Positions 48,579 to 58,798 are shown, counted from the stretch's first letter. The stretch is 64,000 nt of DNA from Gemmatimonadota bacterium (GCA_003221005.1 QHTZ01000099.1:2829-66828), one strand, 5' to 3'. Numbers and translations are program-made. Notes: generated by a model from the letters alone, not told the origin.

Positions 48579-49490
48579 CTATGTAGCCGGTGGCGGCGCC
48601 GCTGCCACCGCCATCCCCATGACGTGGTAGCCCGCGTCCACGTAGACGATCGAGCCGGTGATCGCGCGGGCGAAGGGGCTCGCGAGGAACGCTGCCGTGT
48701 GGCCCACGTCCTCCGCACGGATCGGCCGCGGTAGCGGGGAATTGGCGCTGGTGTAGGCGATCATCTGCTCGATGAACCCGATGGCGCTCGCCGCGCGCGA
48801 CGCCCACGGCCCTGCCGAGATGGCGTTCACGCGCACCCCGAAGCGGCGGCCCGCCTCGTAGGCGAGCGTGCGGGTGTCGGCCTCGAGGGCCGCTTTCGCG
48901 GACGACATCCCCCCGCCATAGCCGGGAATCACCCGCTCGCCCGCCATGTAGGTGAGCGAGAGGAAAGAGCCGTCAGGACGCATCAGCGGCCCGAGGTGGC
49001 GTACGAGCGAGATGTTGCTGTAGGCACTGACGCTGACCGCATCGAGGTACCCGCGGCGGCTCGTGTCGAGCAGCGGTTTCTTCACCTCGGGGGCGTTGGC
49101 AAGGCTGTGGATGACAATGTCGAGCCCCCGGGGGCCGAAATCCTGCTGCAAGCGCGCCGCCGCCCCCTGTACGCTGAAATCGCCCACCTCGCGGTAGCGC
49201 TTGTTTTCCCGCACCTCCGCCGGCGCGTCCGCAAGCGCGTCGAACGCCGCGTCGAGCGGGTAGATGCGCTCGAACTCGAGCTTGCCGCTGCCGTCCGACA
49301 GCTGCAACGAACCCGCGATCTTGCCGCGCTCGAGCAGCTTGGTGAAGATGCCGAGGGCGGGAGGCCAGGTGCCGACGCAGATCGACGCGCCGGCTTCGGC
49401 CAGCGCCTTGGCGATCGCGAAGCCGAAGCCGCCGTCGTCCGCGACGCCCGCGACGAACGCACGCTTCCCCGTCAGGTCGATCTTCAGCAT
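48579..49490 (-). CDS. fabI: Enoyl-ACP reductase (plant/chlamydial-type)
   Basis: GVADDGGFG, VGTWPPAL, HSLANAPEV, YGGGMSSAKAALE, SRAA. Confidence 0.9.
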   Translation of the reverse strand: MLKIDLTGKRAFVAGVADDGGFGFAIAKALAEAGASICVGTWPPALGIFTKLLERGKIAGSLQLSDGSGKLEFERIYPLDAAFDALADAPAEVRENKRYREVGDFSVQGAAARLQQDFGPRGLDIVIHSLANAPEVKKPLLDTSRRGYLDAVSVSAYSNISLVRHLGPLMRPDGSFLSLTYMAGERVIPGYGGGMSSAKAALEADTRTLAYEAGRRFGVRVNAISAGPWASRAASAIGFIEQMIAYTSANSPLPRPIRAEDVGHTAAFLASPFARAITGSIVYVDAGYHVMGMAVAAAPPPAT

Positions 49491-49500
49491 GGGCTTGGGC

Positions 49501-50496
49501 TCACCAGCGAATGGCCGCGCTCCCCCAGGTGAACCCTGAGCCGAACGCCGTGAAGATCAACAGGTCGCCGCGTCCCACGCGACCGTCGGCAATCGCTTCG
49601 TCGAGCGCGATGGGGATCGAAGCGGCGGTGGTGTTGCCGTACTTCTGAATATTCACGTACACCTGATCGTCGCGCAGCCCGAGCGTCTTCTGCACCATCT
49701 CGATGATCCGCAGGTTCGCCTGATGGGGAACGAGGAGTTTCACGTCCGCCGCCGTCAGGCCGTGCGTGCGGAGCGCGAGCTGGACCGCCTGCGGCATGAG
49801 GACCGACGCGAACTTGAACACCTCGCGCCCGTCCATCACGGCGTGGTGCTTGCCCTCGCGCAGCAGCTCCTCGCTGACGTAGGGATCGTGGGCCAGGCCG
49901 GGCGCGTCCACCCACAGCTTCTCGGCGTGGCGCCCATCCGCGAACAGGTGAGTGGACAGCACGCCGCGCCCCGGGGCGTCCGTGGCGCCCAGGATGGCGA
50001 CACCCGCCCCGTCGCCGAACAGCACCGCGGTGTCGCGCCCGCGCGTGGTCTTGTCGAGGCCGCGAGAATGCACTTCGGCGCCGACGAGCAGGATGCGGCG
50101 GTACTGCCCCACCCGGATCCACGCGTCCGCCACGGCGAGGCCGTACAGGAAGCCGCTGCACTGATTGCGGACGTCGATCGCCGGGATGCCCGAGAGGCCG
50201 AGCTCGCGCTGCAGGAACACGCCGTTGCCGGGCTCGAAGTGATCGGGCGTGCAGGTGCAGTACACGATGCAGTCGAGATCGCTCGCCTTGAGGCCGGCCT
50301 TGGCGAGCGCCCCGCAGGCGGCCTCGCGCGCGAGACTCGCTCCGGTCTCGCCGTCGCTCACCCAGTAGCGGGTGCGGATGCCGCTGCGTTGCGTGATCCA
50401 CTCGTCCGAGGTGTCCATCACCTTGGCCAGGTCCTCGTTCGTGACGCACCGCGCGGGGACGTGGAAGGCGGTGGCGATGAACTCGGTGCGGGGCAT
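49501..50496 (-). CDS. fabH: 3-oxoacyl-ACP synthase III
   Basis: DTSDEWI, QCSGF, FGDGAG, PHQAN, YGNT, FGSGFTWG. Confidence 0.93.
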   Translation of the reverse strand: MPRTEFIATAFHVPARCVTNEDLAKVMDTSDEWITQRSGIRTRYWVSDGETGASLAREAACGALAKAGLKASDLDCIVYCTCTPDHFEPGNGVFLQRELGLSGIPAIDVRNQCSGFLYGLAVADAWIRVGQYRRILLVGAEVHSRGLDKTTRGRDTAVLFGDGAGVAILGATDAPGRGVLSTHLFADGRHAEKLWVDAPGLAHDPYVSEELLREGKHHAVMDGREVFKFASVLMPQAVQLALRTHGLTAADVKLLVPHQANLRIIEMVQKTLGLRDDQVYVNIQKYGNTTAASIPIALDEAIADGRVGRGDLLIFTAFGSGFTWGSAAIRW

Positions 50497-50573
50497 GGCT
50501 CCTCAGGCAACCGGTTGCGGGGCGCGAGCGAATGGGGAAGATTTCGCCCCCGGCGCGGCAAAGCAAGGGAGCC

Positions 50574-50831
50574 ATGCAGCTCACGGTCAGCCGAGCACAG
50601 CTCGAGGCGGTGCGCGGCGCCAAGCATCTGCCCGACGTGCTGCAACGCGTGCTCGGCGCTGCGCGTCCGCTCGGCGATGGCTACGTCCTCACGCTGACGT
50701 ACGAAGAGGCCACCGCCCTGAACGAGCTGTGCGCGTGGAACGTGCACACCGACGCGGGCGGCGCGGTGACGCCGGCGTCGCGCCCGTTCGACGAGGTCGT
50801 CAAGGCGATTCTCACGCATCCGGAGTACTGA
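50574..50831 (+). CDS. Hypothetical protein (85 aa)
   Basis: GGGAG RBS; high-GC3 codon usage. Confidence 0.7.
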   Translation: MQLTVSRAQLEAVRGAKHLPDVLQRVLGAARPLGDGYVLTLTYEEATALNELCAWNVHTDAGGAVTPASRPFDEVVKAILTHPEY

Positions 50832-50876
50832 GGCGGCAGAGGCGGCAGAGGCGGCAAGGGCGGCAAGGGCGGCAAA
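50832..50876 (+). repeat. 5 x 9-mer GGCGGCA(GA/AG/AA), intergenic
   Basis: Seen directly between the stop at 50831 and the ATG at 50893. Confidence 0.9.
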
Positions 50877-50892
50877 GAGAAAGGCGGAGCGC

Positions 50893-52925
50893 ATGAGCTG
50901 GTTGCGACAGCTGGTACTGATGGGGCTCGTTACCCTTCCCCCGTTCGTCGTCCCCCGTCCCGTTGTTGCTCAGAAGCGCGCTCTCACGTTCGACGATTTC
51001 ATCGCCCTCCCGAGCGTCGGCGATCCGCAGCTTTCGCCCGACGGCAGGCGCGTGGCCTACACCGTCACGACCTACTCGCTCCAGGACAACCGCGGCACGG
51101 GGCGCATCTGGATCGCTGACGTCGCGACCGGCGAGGCACGCCAGCTCACCCAGGGGCCTGGGTCGGACCGGCAGCCGCGCTGGTCGCCGGACGGGAGCAC
51201 GCTCGGCTTCGTCTCCACCCGCCAGGGGAGTAGCGGGGGGGGCGGTGGCGGCCCGCAGCTGTGGGTGCTGACCCTCTCAGGAGGTGAGGCGCGCAAGGTG
51301 ACGAACCTGCCGGACGGCGTCTCCGACCCGGTGTGGCTGCCCGACGGCAAGGGGCTGCTCGTGACGAGCGACATCAAGTGGCCCGCGGAGCAGGAGATCG
51401 ACCGCCGCAACGGCAACTATCCCACAGATGCGCGGCTGTGGACCGACCTGTTCTACCGGCACTGGGACGACTGGCGCGCTGGCAGGCGGCAACACGTCTT
51501 CTCCGTGAGCCTTGCCGAAGGCCACGCGACCGATCTGATGCCGGTGGACCGCGACGTCCCCACGATCGCGACTTCAGGCGACGGGGACGTGAGCGTCTCC
51601 CCAGATGGGCGGGAGATCGCGGTGGCGATCCACGGGGAGCCGGTCGCCGACAACACGAATGTCGACATCTACGTCATGGTGAGGGATGGGGGACGAGGGA
51701 CGGGGGACGGGGCAATGCGGCAGGTCTCGAGCGGCCGGGGTTCGAAGCGGATCGGTCACGCCTCATGCTGCTGCGACGGAAGGACGGAAGGACGGAAGGG
51801 GGAAGCCCGACCGAGGTCACAGCGGGGTGGACGTTGTCGGTGGGCTCCTATGTCTGGTGCCCAGACTCGAAGTGCATCTACGCGGTGGTGGACGAGCGCG
51901 GAGCCGAGAACGTGCACCGCATCGACGTTCCGTCCTTCCGTCATTCCGTCGCCTTTTCGGGCGGCGTCAACACGGGCGTCGCTGTCGCTCCCGACGGGAG
52001 GAGCTTCGTCCACCTGCACTCGAGCGGCAACCATCCGGCGGAAGTGTGGGTCACCGGGCGGCCGCTCAGCCACCACAGCGACGCTGGGATCGCCGGCCTG
52101 GACCTGCGTCCCCTCGAGCCGCTCGGCTTCGTCGGCGCGCTCGGTGACTCGGTATTCGGCTGGCTGCTGAAGCCGCCGGGGTTCGACCCCGCGAAAAAGT
52201 ATCCACTCGCCTACTTGATCCACGGGGGCCCGCAGGGGGCGTGGCACGATGAGTGGCACGCCCGCTGGAACTACCAGATGTTCGCGAGCCGCGGCTACGT
52301 CGTCGCCGCCGTGAACTTTCACGGCTCGACGGGCTACGGCCAGAAGTTCACCGACGCGATCTCGCAGCACTGGGGCGACTACCCGTTCGAGGACCTGATG
52401 AAAGGGCTCGACGCCGTGGCGCGCCTGCCGTACGTGGACTCGACCCGCATGGGCGCGGCCGGCGCGTCGTACGGCGGCTACATGGTCTACTGGCTCGCGG
52501 GCCACACCAACCGTTTCAAGGTGCTGGTGGATCATGACGGGGTCTTCAATCCCACCAGCATGTACGGCAGCACCGAAGAGCTGTGGTTCGTGGAGTGGGA
52601 GTTCGGTGGGGCGCTGTACGGCAACCGCCCGCTGTACGACAAGTGGTCGCCGCTCGCCTTCGCCGCGAGCTGGAAGACCCCGATGCTCATCGTCCACTCC
52701 CAGCTCGACTATCGGGTGGACCTGTCCGAGGGGTACCAGGCGTTCAGCGCGCTCCGTAAGATGGGGGTACCCGCGAAGTTCTTATACTTCCCCGACGAGG
52801 GACACTGGGTGCTACGCCCTCGCAACCGCCGCATCTGGTGGGGGACGGTGCTCGACTGGCTCGACCAATACCTGAAGCCGGCAGGGGCTGCGGTTGGAGC
52901 GGGGGCGGGGGCGGGGTCACGCTGA
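50893..52925 (+). pseudogene. S9 (prolyl oligopeptidase/acylaminoacyl) peptidase, frameshifted at about 51727-51740 (probably an assembly collapse)
   Basis: N-half propeller (SPDG repeats) in the 50893 frame; C-half IHGGP, GASYGG, DYRV, DEGH in the 51333 frame. Confidence 0.85.
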
Positions 52926-53344
52926 TGGGCGGCGAACGCTTCCTGACGACGCTCACGCGCACGGCGGCCGGGGCGCTGCTGCTCGGGCTGCTGTTGGTCC
53001 TGGTGCTGCCGCGTCACGCCGGACTGCTGTTGGACTATGTGGACGCGTTCACGCTCGCGTTCTGCTTCACGTTCATCGGGCATTACGTCGAGGTGCTGCT
53101 GCTGGCGCTGCCGCAGATCGAAACCGGTGCCGGTCGCCTGGTGCGGGTGGCGGGCTGGTTCGCGGGCGGGCTGTGGTGCTACGTGGTGGCGCGCTGGCTG
53201 TGGCTCCGCTACGGGCGCGACCTGAACGACCTGCCCGGCCTCGTGTGGGGCGGCGTGTTCTTTATCGGGCTCGAGCTCGTGGTGCATGCCGCATTGAAGG
53301 CGCGCGGCCAGCCCAACTTCTACCAGCCCGCAGCGGAGCCCTAG
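52925..53344 (+). CDS. Hypothetical membrane protein
   Basis: TGATG coupling to the peptidase gene; about 4 TM segments. Confidence 0.7.
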   Translation: MGGERFLTTLTRTAAGALLLGLLLVLVLPRHAGLLLDYVDAFTLAFCFTFIGHYVEVLLLALPQIETGAGRLVRVAGWFAGGLWCYVVARWLWLRYGRDLNDLPGLVWGGVFFIGLELVVHAALKARGQPNFYQPAAEP

Positions 53345-55299
53345 CGCCCGGTGCCCGCCCCCGCCCCCGGCTTCGCCCAAACGTTGTTGTCGCGCCGCAC
53401 GTCAGGGAACGACTGCTGCGGATCGATCTCGACCTGGACGACCGCCGTCGGCGCCGGCCGGATGTAAACGTAGCGGTTCCGCAGGAGCCAGATTTCGACC
53501 GGCAGGCGCACCCAGGCCTTCGCGCCGTCGGCGAAGCTGAGGCGCAGGTCCACCGGCATCGGGAGCGCGCCCGGGCTCGAGAGGAAGACGGCGGCGTAGG
53601 CCGCCCCCGCTGAGTCCCGCAACGCGGTCACCGAGTCCACCGCCTGATCGACCACGTCGGTCGTGTAGAACCAGCCACGCCAGAACCACGACAGGTCTTC
53701 TCCCAGTCCATCCTCCATCGCGCGGAAGAAGTCGGCGGGCGTGGGATGCCGGAACGCCCAGCGCCGGATGTACTCGCGGAACGCGGCGTCGAAGCGCGTG
53801 GTGTCGTTCAGGATGTGGTGGCGCAGTAGGTAGAGACCCGTCGCCGGCTTGGTGTATTCCACCTGGCCGAGCAGCCGCGGCTCCACGCGGTCGGCGGGGA
53901 GCATCGCCGGCTGGTCGAGGCCGGTCGTCGCGAACCGCGCCCAGTCGCGCGCGTCCCCGCGGCCCTGCAGCGTGTCGTGGTAGAACGTCATGCCGGAGTA
54001 GATGTTGATGAACGTGTTGAACCCCTCGTCCATCCACGCGTACAGCCGTTCGTTCGAGCCCACGATCATCGGGAACCACTGGTGGCCGAGCTCGTGCGTC
54101 GTGACGCCGAACAAGCCGCGGCCGCCGGAGCGGTCCCCGCAGAACACGATCATCGGGTATTCCATGCCGGCGACAGGGCCGGCGACGTTGATCGCCGTCG
54201 GATAGGGATAGCGGAACCACTTCTCGGAGTAGTGCTTGATCGTGTGGCGCGCGTACGCGGTGGAGTTCTGCCAGTCGGCGTTGGCCTCGGGCGGGTAGAC
54301 GGACTGGATCAGGACGCCGTCCCACCCGCTCGCGTCCCAGATGAAGTTGGGCGCCGCCGCCCAGGCGACGTCGCGCACGTTCTTCGCGCTGAAGCGCCAG
54401 GTCAACGTCGTGCGCTTGCCGGGAGGACGCGTGAACGGCTGCCCTACCTCGGTCTTCGCGATGATGGGCGTGGTGCTGTCCGATCGCAGCGCCCGCGCCA
54501 GGCGGGTGCGCTGGGTGGTCGTGAGCACTTCGACTGGATTGAGCAGCGTGCCCGTGGCCACGACTACGAAGCTCCGGGGCACGGTGATCTCGAAGTCGAA
54601 GTCGCCGTACTCGAGATAGAACTCGCCCTGACCGAGGTACTGCTCCGTGTTCCAGCCGCGGACGTCGTCGTACACGGCCATGCGTGGATACCACTGGGCG
54701 CTCTCGTACAGCCAGCCTTCGGGGAATTGCTCGCGCCCCATCCGGTCGGAGCCGTGCTCCGGGATCTGGAAGTGGTAGGCGACGTCGAACGTCGCGGTGC
54801 CACCCGGGGCGAGGGGGCGGTCGAGCTCGGCCCGGAGCATCGTCCCGTTTGTGGTCGTGGCGAGCGGGACGCGGTTGACTGCTTGGCCCACCCGCCGCGC
54901 TGCCCGGAACTCCTCGATCGTGAATCCGCCGATGAAGCCACCGCCCGCGAACCGCGCCCCTGGCGGGTTGATCGCGGAGCCACGGCTGTCCTCACGGTAG
55001 ATGTTTTGGTCCACCTGCAGCCACACGTAGCGGAGCGTGTCCGGGGAGTGGTTCGTGTAGCGGATCGTCTCGCGGCCCGCGATCGTGTGCGTCCCGGTGT
55101 CGAGCGTCGCGCGGATCGTGTAGTCGGCGCGCTGCTGCCAGTAGCTCGGTCCCGGCGTGCCCGCGCCGGTGCGGAGCAGGTTGGGAGCGGGGAGCTCGAG
55201 GCGCCGGAACGGCGACGTGTCGGAGACCTGGGGCGGCAGAGCGGGGAGTGCGCGCGGCTGCTGTTGCAAGGCGGCGATGACGAGCACGAGTGCGAGCAT
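53341..55299 (-). CDS. M1 family metallopeptidase
   Basis: AGMEYP, HELGHQWF-x-DEG; signal peptide. Confidence 0.92.
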   Translation of the reverse strand: MLALVLVIAALQQQPRALPALPPQVSDTSPFRRLELPAPNLLRTGAGTPGPSYWQQRADYTIRATLDTGTHTIAGRETIRYTNHSPDTLRYVWLQVDQNIYREDSRGSAINPPGARFAGGGFIGGFTIEEFRAARRVGQAVNRVPLATTTNGTMLRAELDRPLAPGGTATFDVAYHFQIPEHGSDRMGREQFPEGWLYESAQWYPRMAVYDDVRGWNTEQYLGQGEFYLEYGDFDFEITVPRSFVVVATGTLLNPVEVLTTTQRTRLARALRSDSTTPIIAKTEVGQPFTRPPGKRTTLTWRFSAKNVRDVAWAAAPNFIWDASGWDGVLIQSVYPPEANADWQNSTAYARHTIKHYSEKWFRYPYPTAINVAGPVAGMEYPMIVFCGDRSGGRGLFGVTTHELGHQWFPMIVGSNERLYAWMDEGFNTFINIYSGMTFYHDTLQGRGDARDWARFATTGLDQPAMLPADRVEPRLLGQVEYTKPATGLYLLRHHILNDTTRFDAAFREYIRRWAFRHPTPADFFRAMEDGLGEDLSWFWRGWFYTTDVVDQAVDSVTALRDSAGAAYAAVFLSSPGALPMPVDLRLSFADGAKAWVRLPVEIWLLRNRYVYIRPAPTAVVQVEIDPQQSFPDVRRDNNVWAKPGAGAGTGR

Positions 55300-55314
55300 G
55301 ATGTGAGTCCTCGG

Positions 55315-56259
55315 TTAAGGCGCGTGTGCATCGCGTGCTTCCTTCAAGTATCCACCCGCTACGCCGCCCACGACCATCGTGAGCCCGAGCCAGCCGAGGC
55401 TCGTGAGCCGCTGGCCGAACAGGAACAGCGCGAGCAGGGTTCCCACGACCGGCTCGATCGTCGCCGCGACGGCGGTCGGGGCCGCGTCGATGCGGCGCAC
55501 GCCGGCGAAGAACAGGAAATTCGCCGCCAGCACCGTGGCGAGGGCGAGCGCCACGATGTAGACCCAGCCACCGAGCGTCGGCGGGGGCACGGGCGGATGC
55601 CCTGCCAGAGGAAGCACCAGCCCGAGAATCACGGTTCCGCCCGCGATTTCGAGCAGCAGGACGCGGGCGGCGCCGTAGCGTGGCACGGACCAGCGGGCGA
55701 GCAGGGTCGTGCCGGCATACGAGAGGGCGGCGAGCAGTCCCCCCGCAACCCCCGCGACGAGGCTCGGCGTAGCCACGCCGGCGAGGCCCGAGCCGTGGCT
55801 GCCCCCCTGCACCGTGAGCGCCGCACCCGACATCACCACGAGCGCGAGCAGCAGGCGCGTGGCAGTGAGCGTCTCGCCGAGCAGCGGCTGCGCCAGCACG
55901 GCGACGATCACGGGGGCCGTGTACAAGAGCGCGGCCGCGCTTGCCACCCCGGCGCCCGCGATGCCGAACTGATAGGCGACCTCAAACAGCGCGACGAGCG
56001 CCCCGCCGCCGAGGCCGACGAGCAGCAGCCCGCGGCGGTCGATCCGGAAGAACCCGGGGTGGAACATGCCGTACGCGATGAGCCCGAGTGTGCCGAGCAG
56101 GATGCGCCAGAAGCCGATGCCGGTCAGCGCCGCGCCGGCGGCGTACAGCGCGGTGCTGAGCGGGCCGGTCGTGCCCCACAGGGCGCCCGCACCCAGGGCG
56201 AAGAGGTAGCCGGCGAGACGGGTGGTGCGGGCGGGATAATGGGGCGCGGCAACGTCCAT
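55315..56259 (-). CDS. EamA/DMT family transporter
   Basis: About 10 TM segments; LWG, YTAP, GE, EPV motifs. Confidence 0.9.
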   Translation of the reverse strand: MDVAAPHYPARTTRLAGYLFALGAGALWGTTGPLSTALYAAGAALTGIGFWRILLGTLGLIAYGMFHPGFFRIDRRGLLLVGLGGGALVALFEVAYQFGIAGAGVASAAALLYTAPVIVAVLAQPLLGETLTATRLLLALVVMSGAALTVQGGSHGSGLAGVATPSLVAGVAGGLLAALSYAGTTLLARWSVPRYGAARVLLLEIAGGTVILGLVLPLAGHPPVPPPTLGGWVYIVALALATVLAANFLFFAGVRRIDAAPTAVAATIEPVVGTLLALFLFGQRLTSLGWLGLTMVVGGVAGGYLKEARDAHAP

Positions 56260-56339
56260 GGACTCGTCCTGGGAGATCGAGTTGGGAAGTCTAATACACT
56301 ACGGGTGACATGACCGGTGCGTTCACCCGCCGTGCGGCG

Positions 56340-57128
56340 TCACACCAGCTCCCCCCGCAGCACCGTGACCGCCTGGCCGCCGAGGATGACGCGGTCGCCC
56401 TGTGGCCGGACGCGGACCACTCCGCCCCGGGGCGAGGCCTGGTAGGCGACGAGCTCCGGCTTGCCGAGTCGCGCGGCCCAGAACGGCGCCAGGGTGCAGT
56501 GCGCCGACCCAGTGACGGGATCTTCGTTCACCCCTGCGCGCGGCGCGAAGAAGCGGGAGACGAAGTCGAATCCCGGAGTTGATGCGCGGCTCGTAACGAT
56601 GACGCCGCGCGCATCCGCGCGAGCGAGGGCGGCGAAGTCGGGAGCGATCCGCCGCACCGCGGCTTCGCTCTCAAGCTCCAGCAAATAGTCGAAGCGGCTG
56701 CGTCCCACGCTGCGCGGCTGCACGCCGAGCGCCTCGACGAGCCCGGGGGGTGGCTCGGCGGGCGTCGCGGGAGTGGCCGGGAAATCGAGCTCGATCCAGC
56801 CGTCCCACCGCTCGGCCGTGAGCAACCCGCTCTTGGTGTGGAACCGCGCCTGCTGGTCGGGCGCGAGATGGTGGTCTTCCCACAGCACATGCGCGCTCGC
56901 CACCGTGGCATGCCCGCACAGCGCGACTTCGACCGCCGGCGTGAACCATCGCAGGTCGTACCCGTCGTTCTGGCGGACGAGGAAGGCTGTCTCCGACAGG
57001 TTCATTTCCTGTGCGACGTGCTGCATCCAGCCCTCGTCGCGCGGGCTGGGGAGGATGCACACAGCAGCCGGGTTGCCGGCGAAGGGCTTGTCCGTGAAGG
57101 CATCTACCTGGATGATCGCGAGTCCCAT
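56340..57128 (-). CDS. PhzF-family epimerase
   Basis: VDAFT..GNPAAV, NLSET, LCGHAT, EDPVTGSAH. Confidence 0.94.
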   Translation of the reverse strand: MGLAIIQVDAFTDKPFAGNPAAVCILPSPRDEGWMQHVAQEMNLSETAFLVRQNDGYDLRWFTPAVEVALCGHATVASAHVLWEDHHLAPDQQARFHTKSGLLTAERWDGWIELDFPATPATPAEPPPGLVEALGVQPRSVGRSRFDYLLELESEAAVRRIAPDFAALARADARGVIVTSRASTPGFDFVSRFFAPRAGVNEDPVTGSAHCTLAPFWAARLGKPELVAYQASPRGGVVRVRPQGDRVILGGQAVTVLRGELV

Positions 57129-57229
57129 GGGCGTCTAAGTGTAATGGACGGGGAGGTTGTGCACGCCGGCGCCCGAAGAGCGCGAGTGAACTCGCGGCTC
57201 GGCGCTCGCCCGTAAGCGGGCGGGTGACG

Positions 57230-57769
57230 TTACCCGGCCGCGCGCTTGGGGAGGGTGCCGAAGCGGCGCTCCCGGGCGCGGAACTCCTCGATCGCCGCCG
57301 CCAAGTCCGCGGGTGCGAAGTCGGGCCACATGCGCTCGGTGAAGTACAGCTCGGCGTAGGCGCATTCCCACAGGAGGAAGTCGCTGAGCCGCTGCTCGCC
57401 CCCCGTCCTGATCAGGAGATCGACGTCGGCCGCCGTGTCGCCGTAGGCTTCTCCGAGCCGACGCGCGAAATCGGCGCGCGTGTGCTCGCCGGGGGCGAGG
57501 CGGCGCGCCGCCTCGACGATCGTGTCGCGGGCCGAGTAGTCGACGGCGAGGCGAAGATGCAGTCTGCGGTTTCCCGCGGTGGCCAGCTCGGCCGAGGCGA
57601 ACAGCGTCAGTGCGCCGACGCCGAGTGTGGGCGCGGTTTCGACGATGGGGCGCACGGCGCGGGCGCCGGCGCGGTGGCCGTGCGTGCGGGCGAGGCCGCG
57701 GCGCGTGGCCCAGCGCCCGTTACCGTCCATCACGATGGCAACGTGCAGTCCAGAAGTACTCTGCTTCAT
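57230..57769 (-). CDS. uppS: cis-prenyltransferase (undecaprenyl diphosphate synthase), internally shortened
   Basis: [31 protein letters not shown]; FSxxNW.R motif region missing. Confidence 0.85.
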   Translation of the reverse strand: MKQSTSGLHVAIVMDGNGRWATRRGLARTHGHRAGARAVRPIVETAPTLGVGALTLFASAELATAGNRRLHLRLAVDYSARDTIVEAARRLAPGEHTRADFARRLGEAYGDTAADVDLLIRTGGEQRLSDFLLWECAYAELYFTERMWPDFAPADLAAAIEEFRARERRFGTLPKRAAG

Positions 57770-57797
57770 AAAGTCCGTAGGCAAATAAAAAACGCCG

Positions 57798-58166
57798 TCA
57801 GCGCTCGCGCGTCGCGCGGATCAGCGCCTCCATGTGGTCGAGGTAGTGCTCCAGCGCGCGGCGCCCCGCGGGAGTGAGCCGGTACTCGGTCTGCGGCACG
57901 CGGCCGGCGAAGGACTTGGTGCACTTGATGTACTGCGCGTGCTCGAGCTTGCGCGCGTGCACGCTCAAGTTGCCGTCGCTCGTCTTGAGGAGCCGCTTCA
58001 GCTCGCTGAAGGTGAGCGCGTCGTTCACGGCGAGCGCGCTCACGATCCCGAGCCGGACCCGCTCGTGAATCAGCCGGTCGAGCTGCGCGGGCGGCGGCTG
58101 CCGGCGCCCGCGGGGGACGGGGCGCTCGGCCGCATCCGACCGCCTGGCCGCGGTCGACTTAGCCAC
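57798..58166 (-). CDS. Winged-helix (MarR/ArsR-like, HTH_34) regulator
   Basis: [29 protein letters not shown]; GGAGG RBS with GTG start. Confidence 0.88.
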   Translation of the reverse strand: MAKSTAARRSDAAERPVPRGRRQPPPAQLDRLIHERVRLGIVSALAVNDALTFSELKRLLKTSDGNLSVHARKLEHAQYIKCTKSFAGRVPQTEYRLTPAGRRALEHYLDHMEALIRATRER

Positions 58167-58743
58167 CGTACCTCCGCGCAATGATGGCGCCGAACACGAT
58201 GTGCAGGCCGCCGAAGCCCGCCGCCATGCACCAGTTGCCCCACGCCGGCGGTCCGAACAGCGCGACCACGCCTACCAGCATGAAGCACAGCCCCATCACC
58301 GGGACGATCCGCACGGAGAACGTGCCCGCCGTCGCGACGCCCGCGCCATACGACATGAGCCAGGTGGTGGGGAGCTCCCGCGTCACGCCGGCGCGGTACA
58401 GCGCGATCGTGAGGAGGCCGCCGACGACCATGGGTGGGAGGAAGCTCAGGCCAAAGCGGCGGGCGGGGCCGGAGAGGATCGGGTCGTTCGCCGCATGGGC
58501 CTTGCGGGCCAGCGCCCAGCCGCCGATCACCAGCGCTACGACGGCCTCCGCGAGCCAGGTCGCGAGCCACAGCTCGACACTCGGCTGGCGCGCGGCGAGC
58601 AGCGCGGCCGCGAGCGCCGTCGCCCCCACCGCCACCTGGCCCCACCCGGGCACGGCGGTGAAGGCGCCCGCGCGCTCCATCGTTTCCCTGATGAAGCGCA
58701 GGTTGTCCATCGCGCGGTCGTGTAGCGGATGGGGCTGCGACAT
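58159..58743 (-). CDS. Hypothetical membrane protein
   Basis: [12 protein letters not shown]-terminus, about 6 TM segments, FGGLHI. Confidence 0.8.
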   Translation of the reverse strand: MSQPHPLHDRAMDNLRFIRETMERAGAFTAVPGWGQVAVGATALAAALLAARQPSVELWLATWLAEAVVALVIGGWALARKAHAANDPILSGPARRFGLSFLPPMVVGGLLTIALYRAGVTRELPTTWLMSYGAGVATAGTFSVRIVPVMGLCFMLVGVVALFGPPAWGNWCMAAGFGGLHIVFGAIIARRYGG

Positions 58744-58750
58744 GAGCGAG

Positions 58751-58798
58751 AGGCTAGCTTTCGGCGCGACTCGTGTCAAGTACTTTACGTTACAAAGT
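58751..58798 (-). promoter_or_regulatory. Leaderless sigma70 promoter with upstream ACTTT-N7-AAAGT palindrome
   Basis: TTGACA, 17-nt spacer, TAGCCT, 7 nt, ATG 58743; palindrome at 58782-58798. Confidence 0.7.

Noticed and set aside
51720-51745. Programmed frameshift in the S9 peptidase
   Set aside because: No slippery heptamer, and a propeller segment is also missing, which points to a deletion.
53977-56313. Long antisense or alternative-frame ORFs (e.g. 53977-56313, 39157-41745, 22836-24779, 58181-59935)
   Set aside because: Shadows of real genes in high-GC DNA; Arg/Pro/Ala-rich with no motifs.
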